From contig CAZJCG010000003.1 in assembly GCA_964544545.1 (NCBI GenBank), positions 54,747-118,746 on the forward strand: a DNA stretch of 64,000 bases, read 5' to 3'. The position numbers were made by a program, and so were the translations under genes. Positions within the stretch are counted from its first letter, which is position 1, and every line of letters starts with the position of its first letter. The notes under the pieces were generated by a model. That model saw only the letters and a list, made by a program, of their open reading frames with translations, did no database searches and was not told the origin of the DNA. This DNA is from an uncultured Lentimicrobiaceae bacterium. Its GTDB lineage: Bacteria; Bacteroidota; Bacteroidia; Bacteroidales; UBA4417. Shown one piece after another: positions 10,006 through 19,281 of the stretch.

Positions 10006-10719
10006 CTAGTACTTCCACTCCCAATGGTTAACAGGCAACCTGTTGAGCTCCTGTTGTAAATATCTCCAGTTAGGTAAATAATTGTTCAATAATGAAGTGA
10101 AGTTCTGATCATGGTGCTTCTCTTTGAGATGAACCAGTTCATGAACAATAATATATTCCAGACAGCTTAATGGTTTCTTCGCCAATTCCAGGTTTAACCA
10201 TATCCGTCCGGCACCTGGATTACATGTTCCCCACTTGGTGCGCATCTTCTTTATTCCAAACTCTTTGGCTTTAACCCCAATCTTAATCTCCCAGCGTTCG
10301 ATTAATGGTGGTACTATCCGTTTCAACTCAGAGCGATACCACTCATTCAGCAATTCCTGTTTCTTTTCTTGAGAAGTTTCAGGTCGGAGATACATCCTGA
10401 TCTCTCTCTTTGTTAAAACAATTTTAGGGGTTGCGTCCCGCTCGATCAATTTTAATAAATACCGCTGCCCCAGGTAGTAATGACTTTCCCGGGTTAGATA
10501 CTCCCTTGCCGTTTCGCGTTCCTGCTTCTGGAATGCTTCCTGCTGCTTTTTTATCCACTTGAGCTTTGACAGGGCAAATACCCTTATGGTATCCAAATCC
10601 ATCCTACGGGGTGCTGAGATATGTACTCTTCCCAAAGGAGGGAATACACTGAGATGGATGTTCTTGATATCCTTCAGTTCCACCTCAATTATCAAATCTC
10701 CCAATCGAATCGAATCCAT
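10006..10719 (-). CDS. M48/DUF45 (YgjP-like) zinc metallopeptidase, R-M associated
   Basis: 237 aa with HExxH in IIVHELVHLKEKHH. Its ATG (10719..10717) overlaps the hsdR stop (10721..10719) as ATGA. Confidence 0.8.
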   Translation of the reverse strand: MDSIRLGDLIIEVELKDIKNIHLSVFPPLGRVHISAPRRMDLDTIRVFALSKLKWIKKQQEAFQKQERETAREYLTRESHYYLGQRYLLKLIERDATPKIVLTKREIRMYLRPETSQEKKQELLNEWYRSELKRIVPPLIERWEIKIGVKAKEFGIKKMRTKWGTCNPGAGRIWLNLELAKKPLSCLEYIIVHELVHLKEKHHDQNFTSLLNNYLPNWRYLQQELNRLPVNHWEWKY

Positions 10720-13700
10720 CAGTACTCCTTTTGCTCAACGATAATTTTATAAACTCTTTCCACAGTTTCAATAAGCCCGTAACTAACGTTGGGATCGCCA
10801 AAGGTGAGCCTGTCACTTTCTTTCGAGTAACTTTTCAGGGTATTGTAAATAGCTGCTTTGACTTCCCGCTCTTTGGCAAGATTGCCCCTGAAGCCATCTC
10901 GCCGGGATTTCCTGATTGCAGTATCCATCAGGATTGCAAGCTGATCATCCTTGCCCAGGTTATTGTACAAAGCCCTCTGCGCGGGGGTCTTTAAAACTTC
11001 CGGAGTGTCCTCTGACTTGCCTTCATTCACCTGTTTGACCAGGATGGCAATCTTCTTCAGGTACTCTTCGTAGCTGACAGCATTTGCTTTCCTCTCCTTA
11101 ATTATTTCAGAGAGTAAGGTTGACATGTTCTCAAAGAAAGAAGGATCGATCAGCTGCTCATTGATGATTTTCCTTCGGACGTTGTTCTCGATGGTTTCGG
11201 CAATAGCTCTCCTATCGTTCTTGATCCCTTTGGGTAGTGAATTGATCGCTTCGTTGATACCTAACTTATCAATGATGTCGAGCAGCGGCATATCATCGAA
11301 GGCGGAAATTTTCACTGACTCATCCGCCTGGATATAGGTATCGATGAGATGACGCATATCCGCTTCATAGGTCTTCATGTCCAGCGTTTCGCCACTTGCC
11401 TTCCGGATTTCTTCCCTGAGTTTGATGTAGTTATTGATCTCCTCTTTAATATTCTCAATCTCGTTATCGGAATATCCGGCAAGATCCAGCTCATCCGCTA
11501 TGTTAGCATAAGCCCGTATCAAAGCTACTGTGCACTTATACAGGGCGTTGCGCTGTGGTTCTTTTGCCTTCAGTTCTTCCGGGATTTCAGGATTTCCACA
11601 GAAATAATGAATGTGTGCCAGCGTATCCTTCGGCATTGGAACCGGCTCACAAAGCATGGCTATCTCTTCCAGCGCTGCATCAAGCCTTTCTTTCCCGGCT
11701 TTTAACCTGTTCTGGAGCAGAATGTCAACATCCTTTGCTTCAAAATGGTCATAATCCAATTCGGAAGTATAAACAGCCACTGCATTCTCAACTTCTTTAA
11801 AAAGGTCTTTGTAGTCCACGATAAATCCAAAGTCCTTGTCTTCGCCATCCAGCCTGTTTACCCGGCATATTGCCTGGAACAATCCATGATCCTGCATGGA
11901 CTTATCAATATAAAGATAGGTGCAACTCGGAGCATCAAAACCGGTAAGCAACTTTGAAACAACTATCAGGAGCTTCATGTTGGCGGGCTCTTCGACAAAC
12001 TTCTGCTTTGCCCAATCCTCGTAACTCTCGGTTTTGGTCTTGTTGGCTTGAACCTTTACATCTTTCAGAATTTCCTGGTAGAGGTCATACATGAACTCCT
12101 TCTCGGTTTCCGTGTTTGCACCGGTATCTTCAGTAGTAATATCTTGCGTGATAGGATTGTAGGATGTGACGATAGCACACTTCCCTGCAAGTTCGGTCTT
12201 CTGGAAAATATGGTAATATTTGCAGGCTTCGTAAATGGAGGATGCAATAAGAATTGCATTGCCTCTTTCGGAGGATAACCTGGGTTTGGTATTGAAATCA
12301 AAAACAACATCACTTACCACCTTCTCCATCCGGGAACGGCTGCTCAAGACAGTCTGCATGTTTCCCCACTTCTGCTTTAGTGCCGACCGTTGAAACTCGT
12401 TCAGTCCCCTGGTCTTTACTTCGAACCATTCATCGACCTTTAGTTTGGATGTCAATCGCTGGTCAATATCTCTCGCTTCGTAAATCAGGTCCAGGATTAC
12501 CTTATCCGTCACCCCTTCATTGAACTTATAGGTGTGGATGTACTTCCCGAATACCTCGATACTGGTCTGCTTGTCTTTCTTCAGGAGGGGCGTACCGGTA
12601 AAACCGATGAAAACCGCGTTGGGCAACATGGCTTTCATGGTTCGGTGAAGCTTGCCACTCTGGGTGCGGTGGCATTCGTCCACGAAAATGAACAGTTCCC
12701 CGACTGCCCTCGAAGGCTGGCTTTCCAATTCCTGTATGAACTGGTTGAAATTGTCCACATCCCTTCTGCCAAACTTATGAATCAGCGTGCAAACCAGCCT
12801 GGGCTTTGGCTGTTCCAGATGAGACATCAGGTCTTTGCCGCTCTGGGTGCGATAGATTTGCTCATCGGCATCCCGGAAGACTCCCTCGATTTGCTTGTCG
12901 AGTTCATCACGGTCAGTAAGAATGACGACCCGGGCATTGGGATTGTTTTCCAGAATCCACTTTGCCAGCAATACCATGACGATGCTTTTCCCGCTTCCCT
13001 GTGTATGCCAGATGATCCCGCCTTCGTACCGCCCGACAAATAGCTGAGCTTCTTTGATCCCGAAATACTGGTGTACACGCGGCAGTTTTTTAATGCCGGC
13101 ATCGAACAGTACAAAATCAAAAATAAGTTCCAGGAACCGTTTCTTATTGCATATCTTGATCAGGTACTTATCCAGCATGATCCTGCTGTTGTCTTCGATT
13201 TCTTCCTTCCATTGCAGGAAATATTTTTCAGGCGTTCCGATCGTTCCGTAACGCAGACCTTCAGTGTCATTTCCTGCAAAAATGAACTGGATGGTGGAGA
13301 AGAAGGGCTGAATGAATTCTTCCTGTTGATTGACAATGCTTTGCCGGATTCCATCATTCACGGATACCGTACTGCGCTTAAGCTCGATTACACCTAATGC
13401 AATTCCATTGACATACAGCACAATGTCCGGTCGTTTTTCCCGATTCCCAAATACCGTGACTTCTTCCGCTATGAAAAAATCATTGTTCTCCGGGTTTTTC
13501 CAGTCCACCAGGGCTACCTTCTCGTAATTCCTGCCGGCTTCTGTCCTGACATCAATGCCGTACCGTAACAGCTGATAGGCGTTCTTGTTATTGGTATAGA
13601 GGCTGTTGTTGGGATTATTTGCTGTGGTCTGAAGTTCATACACAGCGCGTCGGATGGCATCTTCCGGATTGCCCTGTTTTCGTAAATATTTGGAAAGCAG

Positions 13701-13829
13701 AGATTCTTCGATGTTGCTGTTGCCTTCGCGGTCTTCCCAATTGCCGAGATAAGCATACCCCAACTCATCCTGAAACAATTGGATGATTCGGTTCTGGGTA
13801 TGACGTTCAGGTTTCCCGAATTCGGTCAT
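10719..13829 (-). CDS. hsdR: Type I restriction enzyme R subunit
   Basis: 1036 aa. HsdR-type N-terminus QNRIIQLFQDELGYAYLGNW, Walker A HTQGSGKS, DEAH box FVDECHRTQ. Confidence 0.95.
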   Translation of the reverse strand: MTEFGKPERHTQNRIIQLFQDELGYAYLGNWEDREGNSNIEESLLSKYLRKQGNPEDAIRRAVYELQTTANNPNNSLYTNNKNAYQLLRYGIDVRTEAGRNYEKVALVDWKNPENNDFFIAEEVTVFGNREKRPDIVLYVNGIALGVIELKRSTVSVNDGIRQSIVNQQEEFIQPFFSTIQFIFAGNDTEGLRYGTIGTPEKYFLQWKEEIEDNSRIMLDKYLIKICNKKRFLELIFDFVLFDAGIKKLPRVHQYFGIKEAQLFVGRYEGGIIWHTQGSGKSIVMVLLAKWILENNPNARVVILTDRDELDKQIEGVFRDADEQIYRTQSGKDLMSHLEQPKPRLVCTLIHKFGRRDVDNFNQFIQELESQPSRAVGELFIFVDECHRTQSGKLHRTMKAMLPNAVFIGFTGTPLLKKDKQTSIEVFGKYIHTYKFNEGVTDKVILDLIYEARDIDQRLTSKLKVDEWFEVKTRGLNEFQRSALKQKWGNMQTVLSSRSRMEKVVSDVVFDFNTKPRLSSERGNAILIASSIYEACKYYHIFQKTELAGKCAIVTSYNPITQDITTEDTGANTETEKEFMYDLYQEILKDVKVQANKTKTESYEDWAKQKFVEEPANMKLLIVVSKLLTGFDAPSCTYLYIDKSMQDHGLFQAICRVNRLDGEDKDFGFIVDYKDLFKEVENAVAVYTSELDYDHFEAKDVDILLQNRLKAGKERLDAALEEIAMLCEPVPMPKDTLAHIHYFCGNPEIPEELKAKEPQRNALYKCTVALIRAYANIADELDLAGYSDNEIENIKEEINNYIKLREEIRKASGETLDMKTYEADMRHLIDTYIQADESVKISAFDDMPLLDIIDKLGINEAINSLPKGIKNDRRAIAETIENNVRRKIINEQLIDPSFFENMSTLLSEIIKERKANAVSYEEYLKKIAILVKQVNEGKSEDTPEVLKTPAQRALYNNLGKDDQLAILMDTAIRKSRRDGFRGNLAKEREVKAAIYNTLKSYSKESDRLTFGDPNVSYGLIETVERVYKIIVEQKEY

Positions 13830-15355
13830 TTGTGTTTCTTCTTATTGAGTTTTATCTTCAATAATTTTCCTTTTTCAGTCAATTTGTATTGCTGGTTAGG
13901 ATGATTGGGCGTTTCAGGAAATTTCATTTCGACCAGTCCAGCCCTGATGGCAGGCAAAAGATAGTTGTCCCTGAAGTTTTCCTGATGACTAAGCTGCAAT
14001 ATTTGTTGTATTTCAGCTCTTTTTAATTCACCGTCTATCACCAGCACAACCCTTTCTATTTCTCCGGTAACTTCTCCGGTAACTTCTCCGGTAACTTCTC
14101 CGGTAACTTCTCCGGTTATCCTTTCTTCTCTGTCCGTTTCATGTATTTTGACTCTCCAGAGGATTGTTTTAAAGTACTCTTCCTGAATGAATTCGGGAGG
14201 CTTTAGACCTGATTGGTTGCACAAGCGAATAATGTCAAGGGTGCCCGTGCCCAGGCGTTCGATATAACCGTTCAGGAACATAGGCTCAGCCAGGAGCAGG
14301 TTTTGCGGGATGGAATGATGCGGTTTATGCAGCATTTCAAGGGTTAAACCATAAGGAAGCGATCCCGGGTTCCAGACTTCCAGACGGTCGGCAAAAAGCA
14401 TCACCTGAACGCTTGCATTGCTGGTATAGTCCCGGTGAGCAACAGCATTTACAATAGCTTCGGTTACCGCTGCTCTCGGGATTTCATAGGTAATTTCAAC
14501 CCGGGCGCTCTCATCTCGTGTTCCTACTGTGGCATCAATCCTGGAAAGCACAAAATCGACTGCCTGATCAATCAACTGGAACACATCGCCTTTGTAAACC
14601 TGATACGAAGGGATGGGTTTAACAATGTTAGTACCATGAAAATGAGCACATCGTACTTCGGAATTGATGAAAAACCGCTGGGGCTGCTTTCCAAAAAGCA
14701 AAATGGCTGAATGATACAAGCGTTGTCCTGACATTTGATTCAGGTGGGTAAGTATCGTAACGGGAGTGGAATCCTCCGAAAGCGGGAACTTCCTTTTCAC
14801 CCGGGCGACATGTACAAACTCCCTGATCTTATCCGGGTCGAGATCATCGAGGTTAGCCGTAGGATGCAACGTAGCATCAAAAGGGCTGGTCCTGATCACT
14901 TCCTTTTCTTCAAGATACCGAATTAGCGATTCATAAATAGCTACTTTTAGTTCAGAAAAAGAAGCAAATTGCTTGCGCACCACTACAGCCTCCGCTTTCC
15001 GGACCAGCGCCTGTTCCTTCGGATGACGTTCTTCGATGGGATGGTGGGTAAGAAAAACCAAGCGGTTCTTGAAACAGGCTCCGGCATGGTCAAACTCCCG
15101 TTCGGTAGGAGAGAACCCATCTGCATCCTCAAACCCGTATTCCCTGCCAAAAAGCCCGATATAGATATCGCATTGCTCCACCTCTTTCAGATACATTGAA
15201 CGAGCCGACTGATTCACGGCAGGTAGGTTTTCGAACAGGAAGACCTCAACATGCTTTCCAAACAGGAAATCATGGGTCAGGTATTCATACAGCAGCTGTC
15301 GCTCGTGTTGAAACTCAGCCTGTACGCTGCTGATAAAAATTCGTATCCTACTCAT
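13826..15355 (-). CDS. DUF4062-like N-terminal domain fused to a HATPase_c_4-like / wHTH module (COG2865-type, often mis-annotated as RecG-like), embedded between hsdS and hsdR
   Basis: 509 aa. The N-terminus RIFISSVQAEFQHERQLLYEYL...CDIYIGLFGREYGFEDADGFSPTEREF matches my recollection of DUF4062. The middle has AILLFGKQPQRFF, EIPRAAVTEAIVNAVAHRDYTSNASVQVMLFADRLEVWNPGSL and YIERLGTGTLDI (HATPase_c_4-type). A (TGEV)x5 repeat follows, then a C-terminal wHTH-like tail. The stop overlaps the hsdR ATG (ATGA at 13826..13829). Confidence 0.7.
   Translation of the reverse strand: MSRIRIFISSVQAEFQHERQLLYEYLTHDFLFGKHVEVFLFENLPAVNQSARSMYLKEVEQCDIYIGLFGREYGFEDADGFSPTEREFDHAGACFKNRLVFLTHHPIEERHPKEQALVRKAEAVVVRKQFASFSELKVAIYESLIRYLEEKEVIRTSPFDATLHPTANLDDLDPDKIREFVHVARVKRKFPLSEDSTPVTILTHLNQMSGQRLYHSAILLFGKQPQRFFINSEVRCAHFHGTNIVKPIPSYQVYKGDVFQLIDQAVDFVLSRIDATVGTRDESARVEITYEIPRAAVTEAIVNAVAHRDYTSNASVQVMLFADRLEVWNPGSLPYGLTLEMLHKPHHSIPQNLLLAEPMFLNGYIERLGTGTLDIIRLCNQSGLKPPEFIQEEYFKTILWRVKIHETDREERITGEVTGEVTGEVTGEVTGEIERVVLVIDGELKRAEIQQILQLSHQENFRDNYLLPAIRAGLVEMKFPETPNHPNQQYKLTEKGKLLKIKLNKKKHK
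14060..14119 (-). repeat. 12-bp in-frame tandem repeat (4 perfect copies plus 1 imperfect) encoding (TGEV)n
   Basis: On the plus strand ttctccggtaac occurs at 14060, 14072, 14084 and 14096, then ttctccggttat at 14108. The minus strand translates as ITGEVTGEVTGEVTGEVTGEI. Confidence 0.95.
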
Positions 15356-15376
15356 TCATGTATTGTTTTATTAACA

Positions 15377-16600
15377 TCACAATAATCGTATTTTGCCTGT
15401 TAATAGTTGCTGCATTAAGCCCATCTTAATTGATTTTTGTTTAATAAGTTTATTCTCTAATGCACTAATGCCCGAATCCATATCACTGAGAATAGTAGCA
15501 ATACGAACTTGTTCATCAAGATTATTTGGTGAGAAAAACTCAAAAGAAACAAAATCTTTCTGATATAAATGATTTATTGTCGAACCCGCAGTTAGTTGAC
15601 TTAAGAATCTAATAAATACTTCAGAAAGCAAGAGATAGTAAAAGAATTCTGGATAAAAGGAACCATTTATTGGTCTCACCACAAATACACCGCTATTAAG
15701 AGTGGCAGGTTTGATTAACCTCTTTATTAATGCTACTTTTCCAATAGTCCCATCCTTTGTCACGAGAACATCGTGTTCTTTAATTTGAATATTCTTATCT
15801 TGCTGATATCTATCTTCTTCTACAAAGTGACAATTCTCCCAATCGATAAATCCATTCTTAAATTCAGTACCAGTTATAAGAAAATAGTCTCCTGAATCCT
15901 TATACTCAGCAGTAGTTAATCCTTGCCAACCAATTCTTGCTTTTAAAATTGCAACACTACCCAATTTTTTCTTCTCCCACCACTCCTTCGGTCTAAGCAA
16001 TTCCTGCATCACCCCCTGCTTTATCAGGCGTTTCTTGGCGATTTGCTTTTCAAGTGCCTGGATGAGGTTATCGGTGTCGGATAAGACTTCGGCAATGGCT
16101 TTTTGTTCGGGAAGGGGGGGGAGAGCAATTTGGATTTTTTTAATTTTTTGTGGACTTATTTCCAGAAAAGTACTTCCACTGGCAAGTCTAAGGAAAATTG
16201 GTTTTAATGTATGGACTAAGTAGTAAACAAATTCATTTGAAACGTTATTTTTCGGGATAAGAGATTGGAATCCTTGATTTGTACAACTCTCAATTTTCAG
16301 AATCCCCACATTTCCAATTACAGCACGACTTGTCAATAGGATTGAATCTACTGGCAAAAGTTTGGCAGAGCAATTTTTCAACCCTTCTGTTGAAATTTTC
16401 CTTTCACTTTCGTAATAGTACTTTGGTTCGTTGACTTCTGTTGGGGTAAACCAGTTTATTTGACCATTCCAGTAATCATTATTATATGTACTTGGTGTTC
16501 CACCACCCATAACTTCAGCTATATCAGAAATATAACTCAAACTCCAACCTTTTGGAAGTACACCGACCTCAGTTTTCTTGTGCTCCTCTCTTATTTCCAT
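15377..16600 (-). CDS. hsdS: Type I R-M specificity subunit
   Basis: 407 aa with two target-recognition halves. They are separated by conserved helices LPPLPEQKAIAEVLSDTDNLIQALEKQIAKKRLIKQGVMQELL and LDEQVRIATILSDMDSGISALENKLIKQKSIKMGLMQQLLTGKIRL. Confidence 0.95.
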   Translation of the reverse strand: MEIREEHKKTEVGVLPKGWSLSYISDIAEVMGGGTPSTYNNDYWNGQINWFTPTEVNEPKYYYESERKISTEGLKNCSAKLLPVDSILLTSRAVIGNVGILKIESCTNQGFQSLIPKNNVSNEFVYYLVHTLKPIFLRLASGSTFLEISPQKIKKIQIALPPLPEQKAIAEVLSDTDNLIQALEKQIAKKRLIKQGVMQELLRPKEWWEKKKLGSVAILKARIGWQGLTTAEYKDSGDYFLITGTEFKNGFIDWENCHFVEEDRYQQDKNIQIKEHDVLVTKDGTIGKVALIKRLIKPATLNSGVFVVRPINGSFYPEFFYYLLLSEVFIRFLSQLTAGSTINHLYQKDFVSFEFFSPNNLDEQVRIATILSDMDSGISALENKLIKQKSIKMGLMQQLLTGKIRLL

Positions 16601-19041
16601 ATGAACCCCATCTTTTGAAGGTGAGCATTCACTCTGCTTTCCAGTTCCTCAACTTCATCGTTTATGGCAGGAAGCGGAGATTCGTAACGTTCAGCCAGTT
16701 CTTTGATGCGAGTGGTCAAGTGCTGACTAATCTGGTCAACTTCACTTTTGATGGAAGCTTCAATGCTTTGCATCCATTTGTCCTCCACCACCAGTGCTTT
16801 GATTTCGTCAACGCTTAACTTGGGGTACTGGGTATAAGTCTTTGCATCCAGTTCGGCTTGCCTAGCTTTTATCTGCTTGTTCAGTTCGGCAAGCTTGTCG
16901 GAAAGCAGGAGGTATTTGTTCATCACATCCAATTCACTCATGCCTTCACCATAGCTATCTTTAGGTTCAGCAGCCATCGGTAGTGCTTTCTTCTTCTCGT
17001 CCTTAAGCTCTTTGATTCGGGCAGCTGCACTAGCTTTATTAACCTTATCAAAGTCAGCAAAATATCCTTCTTCACAACCGTGTTCTTCTTCCAATTCCGA
17101 TATTTCGGCGCCAACGCTGTCCCGCTCCGCTTCAAGGTTTTCCAGCAATTCCTTTTCTTTCCTGAAGAACCGGTTAACCACAAGTTCTTTAGGTAGCAAG
17201 TCGCAGGTCCAGCCCTTGTCCACCATCTTCTTTTGCTTGTTTTCAACCAGAATCCGATAGGTTTCAGCTTTCCAGCCATCCACAGAAATGATGTAGATGT
17301 CATCCTGCATGGTGGAATTCCAGTAGTTCATCAACTGCTGGTAGATGCTGTAGTTCTCAACCAGTTTCTCTGAATCGTAGGTGGATAGCAGGTTCTCAGA
17401 GATAAGATGTATGATTTCCTTGGGATGGCATCCAACCTGAAGGTTCTTCAGGTACTCAATACTTCTGGTTTCCCATGAATTGAACAACCCATCCACATTC
17501 TCAATAAATGCCTTAAACTCCTTGTGTTCAAATATGGTCTGCCTGATTCGGTCTTTTTCGACCCTGAGGTTGGAGTATTTGGGTCTGTTGGATGGTTCAA
17601 AAAGCGAAGACTTCAGGCTTGGAAACTCCTGCCAGTATTCGTGCATGGCATCAATGTCAACATTCGGAATCCCACCTAACAGATGTGCTTCGATATCCTG
17701 AATATCTTCAACTTCAAGATTTTCAATGTACCTGGGAATGTTCAGGTTGTATTCGTTCTTCTCGATTTCTTCAAAGGAAACCATGCGGCTGTATCCTTCA
17801 ATCTGTCTCTGGTTATTGAAAACATCCGCAATCTTATGGATATCCTGTTCCCTAAGCCTGTTCTTGTTGCCATCCTTTATGAATCCCTTGCCCGCGTCAA
17901 TAATGAAAATTCCTTTGCGATTCAAAGCGTTCTCCTTATCGATCACGATAATAGAGGCGGGGATACCGGTACCGTAAAACAAGTTCGCCGGCAAGCCGAT
18001 AATGCCCTTTATATAGCCTTTTTTTATCAGGTTTTTGCGGATCCCTGCCTCGGCATTTCCCCGGAATAGGACCCCGTGCGGAAGGATGCAGGCGCCCTTC
18101 CCGTTTCGTTTGAGGGAGCGGACAATATGCAGCAGGAAAGCAAAATCACCGTTCTTTTCCGGTGGGACCCCGTAATCGGCAAAACGGTTATAGGGTCTGT
18201 CTTCTGGTAGATTCAGTCCGTTGCTCCAGCGCTTATCAGAGAAAGGAGGATTGGCAACCACAAAATTAAAGGTTTCCAGGTTGCCTTCCTTTTCAAACAA
18301 AGGATTCGCGAGCGTGTTCCCCTGTTTGATCTCTGCGGTGGGGTTATTGTGCAGGATCATATTCATCCTTGCCAGTCCTGCCGTTGCAGCGTCCTTTTCC
18401 TGTCCAAATAGTGATACCCTGCCTTTACTTTCTCCTCCTACCCGTAGAAGCAAAGACCCCGATCCGCAGGTCGGGTCGTATACCTTGACCTCGGTTTCTG
18501 TATCAACATTATTGACACCAATAATCTTTGCCATTACCCGGCTGACCTCGGCAGGAGTGTAGAATTGTCCTTTACTTTTACCGCTTTCGGTGGCAAAATG
18601 GCGCATCAGGTACTCGTAAGCATCACCAAGGATATCATCTCCTTCTGCCCGGTTCTTGCTGAAGTCGAGGGCAGGGTTTTCAAAGATGGCAATGAGATTG
18701 GTGAGCCTGTCCACCATTTCTTTACCGCTGCCGAGCTTTGACACGTCGTTGAAGTCCGGCATGTCAGATAATTTGTTGGCTTCAGCAATCGGAGCAATGA
18801 TTTTCTTGTTGATCTGGTCTCCTATGTCCGGTTTGCCTTTCAATGCCACCATATCCCTGAAGCTTGAACCTTCCGGAATGTTGATTGGTGCATAGGGTTG
18901 TTCAGCCCATTTGTCGCTGATGTATTTGAGGAAGAGCATTACAAGTACGTAATCCTTGTATTGGCTGGCATCCATGCCACCCCTTAGTTCATCGCAGCTT
19001 GCCCAGAGGGACGAGTAGAGTTCGGATTTCTTTATTGCCAT
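16591..19041 (-). CDS. hsdM: Type I R-M N6-adenine DNA methyltransferase subunit (long form with coiled-coil C-terminal extension)
   Basis: 816 aa. HsdM N-terminus ELYSSLWASCDELRGGMDASQYKDYVLVMLFLKYISDK, motif I DPTCGSGSLL, motif IV VVANPPFS. Overlaps the hsdS start by 10 nt. Confidence 0.95.
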   Translation of the reverse strand: MAIKKSELYSSLWASCDELRGGMDASQYKDYVLVMLFLKYISDKWAEQPYAPINIPEGSSFRDMVALKGKPDIGDQINKKIIAPIAEANKLSDMPDFNDVSKLGSGKEMVDRLTNLIAIFENPALDFSKNRAEGDDILGDAYEYLMRHFATESGKSKGQFYTPAEVSRVMAKIIGVNNVDTETEVKVYDPTCGSGSLLLRVGGESKGRVSLFGQEKDAATAGLARMNMILHNNPTAEIKQGNTLANPLFEKEGNLETFNFVVANPPFSDKRWSNGLNLPEDRPYNRFADYGVPPEKNGDFAFLLHIVRSLKRNGKGACILPHGVLFRGNAEAGIRKNLIKKGYIKGIIGLPANLFYGTGIPASIIVIDKENALNRKGIFIIDAGKGFIKDGNKNRLREQDIHKIADVFNNQRQIEGYSRMVSFEEIEKNEYNLNIPRYIENLEVEDIQDIEAHLLGGIPNVDIDAMHEYWQEFPSLKSSLFEPSNRPKYSNLRVEKDRIRQTIFEHKEFKAFIENVDGLFNSWETRSIEYLKNLQVGCHPKEIIHLISENLLSTYDSEKLVENYSIYQQLMNYWNSTMQDDIYIISVDGWKAETYRILVENKQKKMVDKGWTCDLLPKELVVNRFFRKEKELLENLEAERDSVGAEISELEEEHGCEEGYFADFDKVNKASAAARIKELKDEKKKALPMAAEPKDSYGEGMSELDVMNKYLLLSDKLAELNKQIKARQAELDAKTYTQYPKLSVDEIKALVVEDKWMQSIEASIKSEVDQISQHLTTRIKELAERYESPLPAINDEVEELESRVNAHLQKMGFIWK

Positions 19042-19281
19042 TTCTTATTTCAATCAGTAGTGAGGTTGTGTGAACAAGTTGTAATTTAGTCAGGAGCTAC
19101 GGCAAGGAACCGCTAAATTCGCTTTGGTTGTTATATAAGGATTTGATTTAGTTATAGTCAGCTCTGAAGCGAGGTATACAAGAAAATAGTATGGATAATT
19201 GTCAAATTTATATGAAATGTTGTTTCGATTAACTGGAAAGAATAAAACGCTTTATTTTTACATGACACTACAATAAGGGGT

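Noticed and set aside
10731-13527. Many 60..170-aa plus-strand ORFs inside hsdR. Similar antisense ORFs lie inside mutS (35031..37395), dnaK (43734..45546), the OmpA gene (38995..39743) and the PPDK-like gene (4287..5974).
   Set aside because: They are shadow ORFs on the opposite strand or in alternative frames of long, well-supported genes. Their composition is low-complexity or biased, with no motifs.
15377-16600. Looked for an hsdS shufflon (extra hsdS copies, inverted repeats, adjacent invertase) as a phase-variable type I system
   Set aside because: There is only one hsdS gene and no inverted hsdS fragments in the window. The island integrase is 7 kb away and associated with the att sites. 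Only the C8 tract was kept as a finding.
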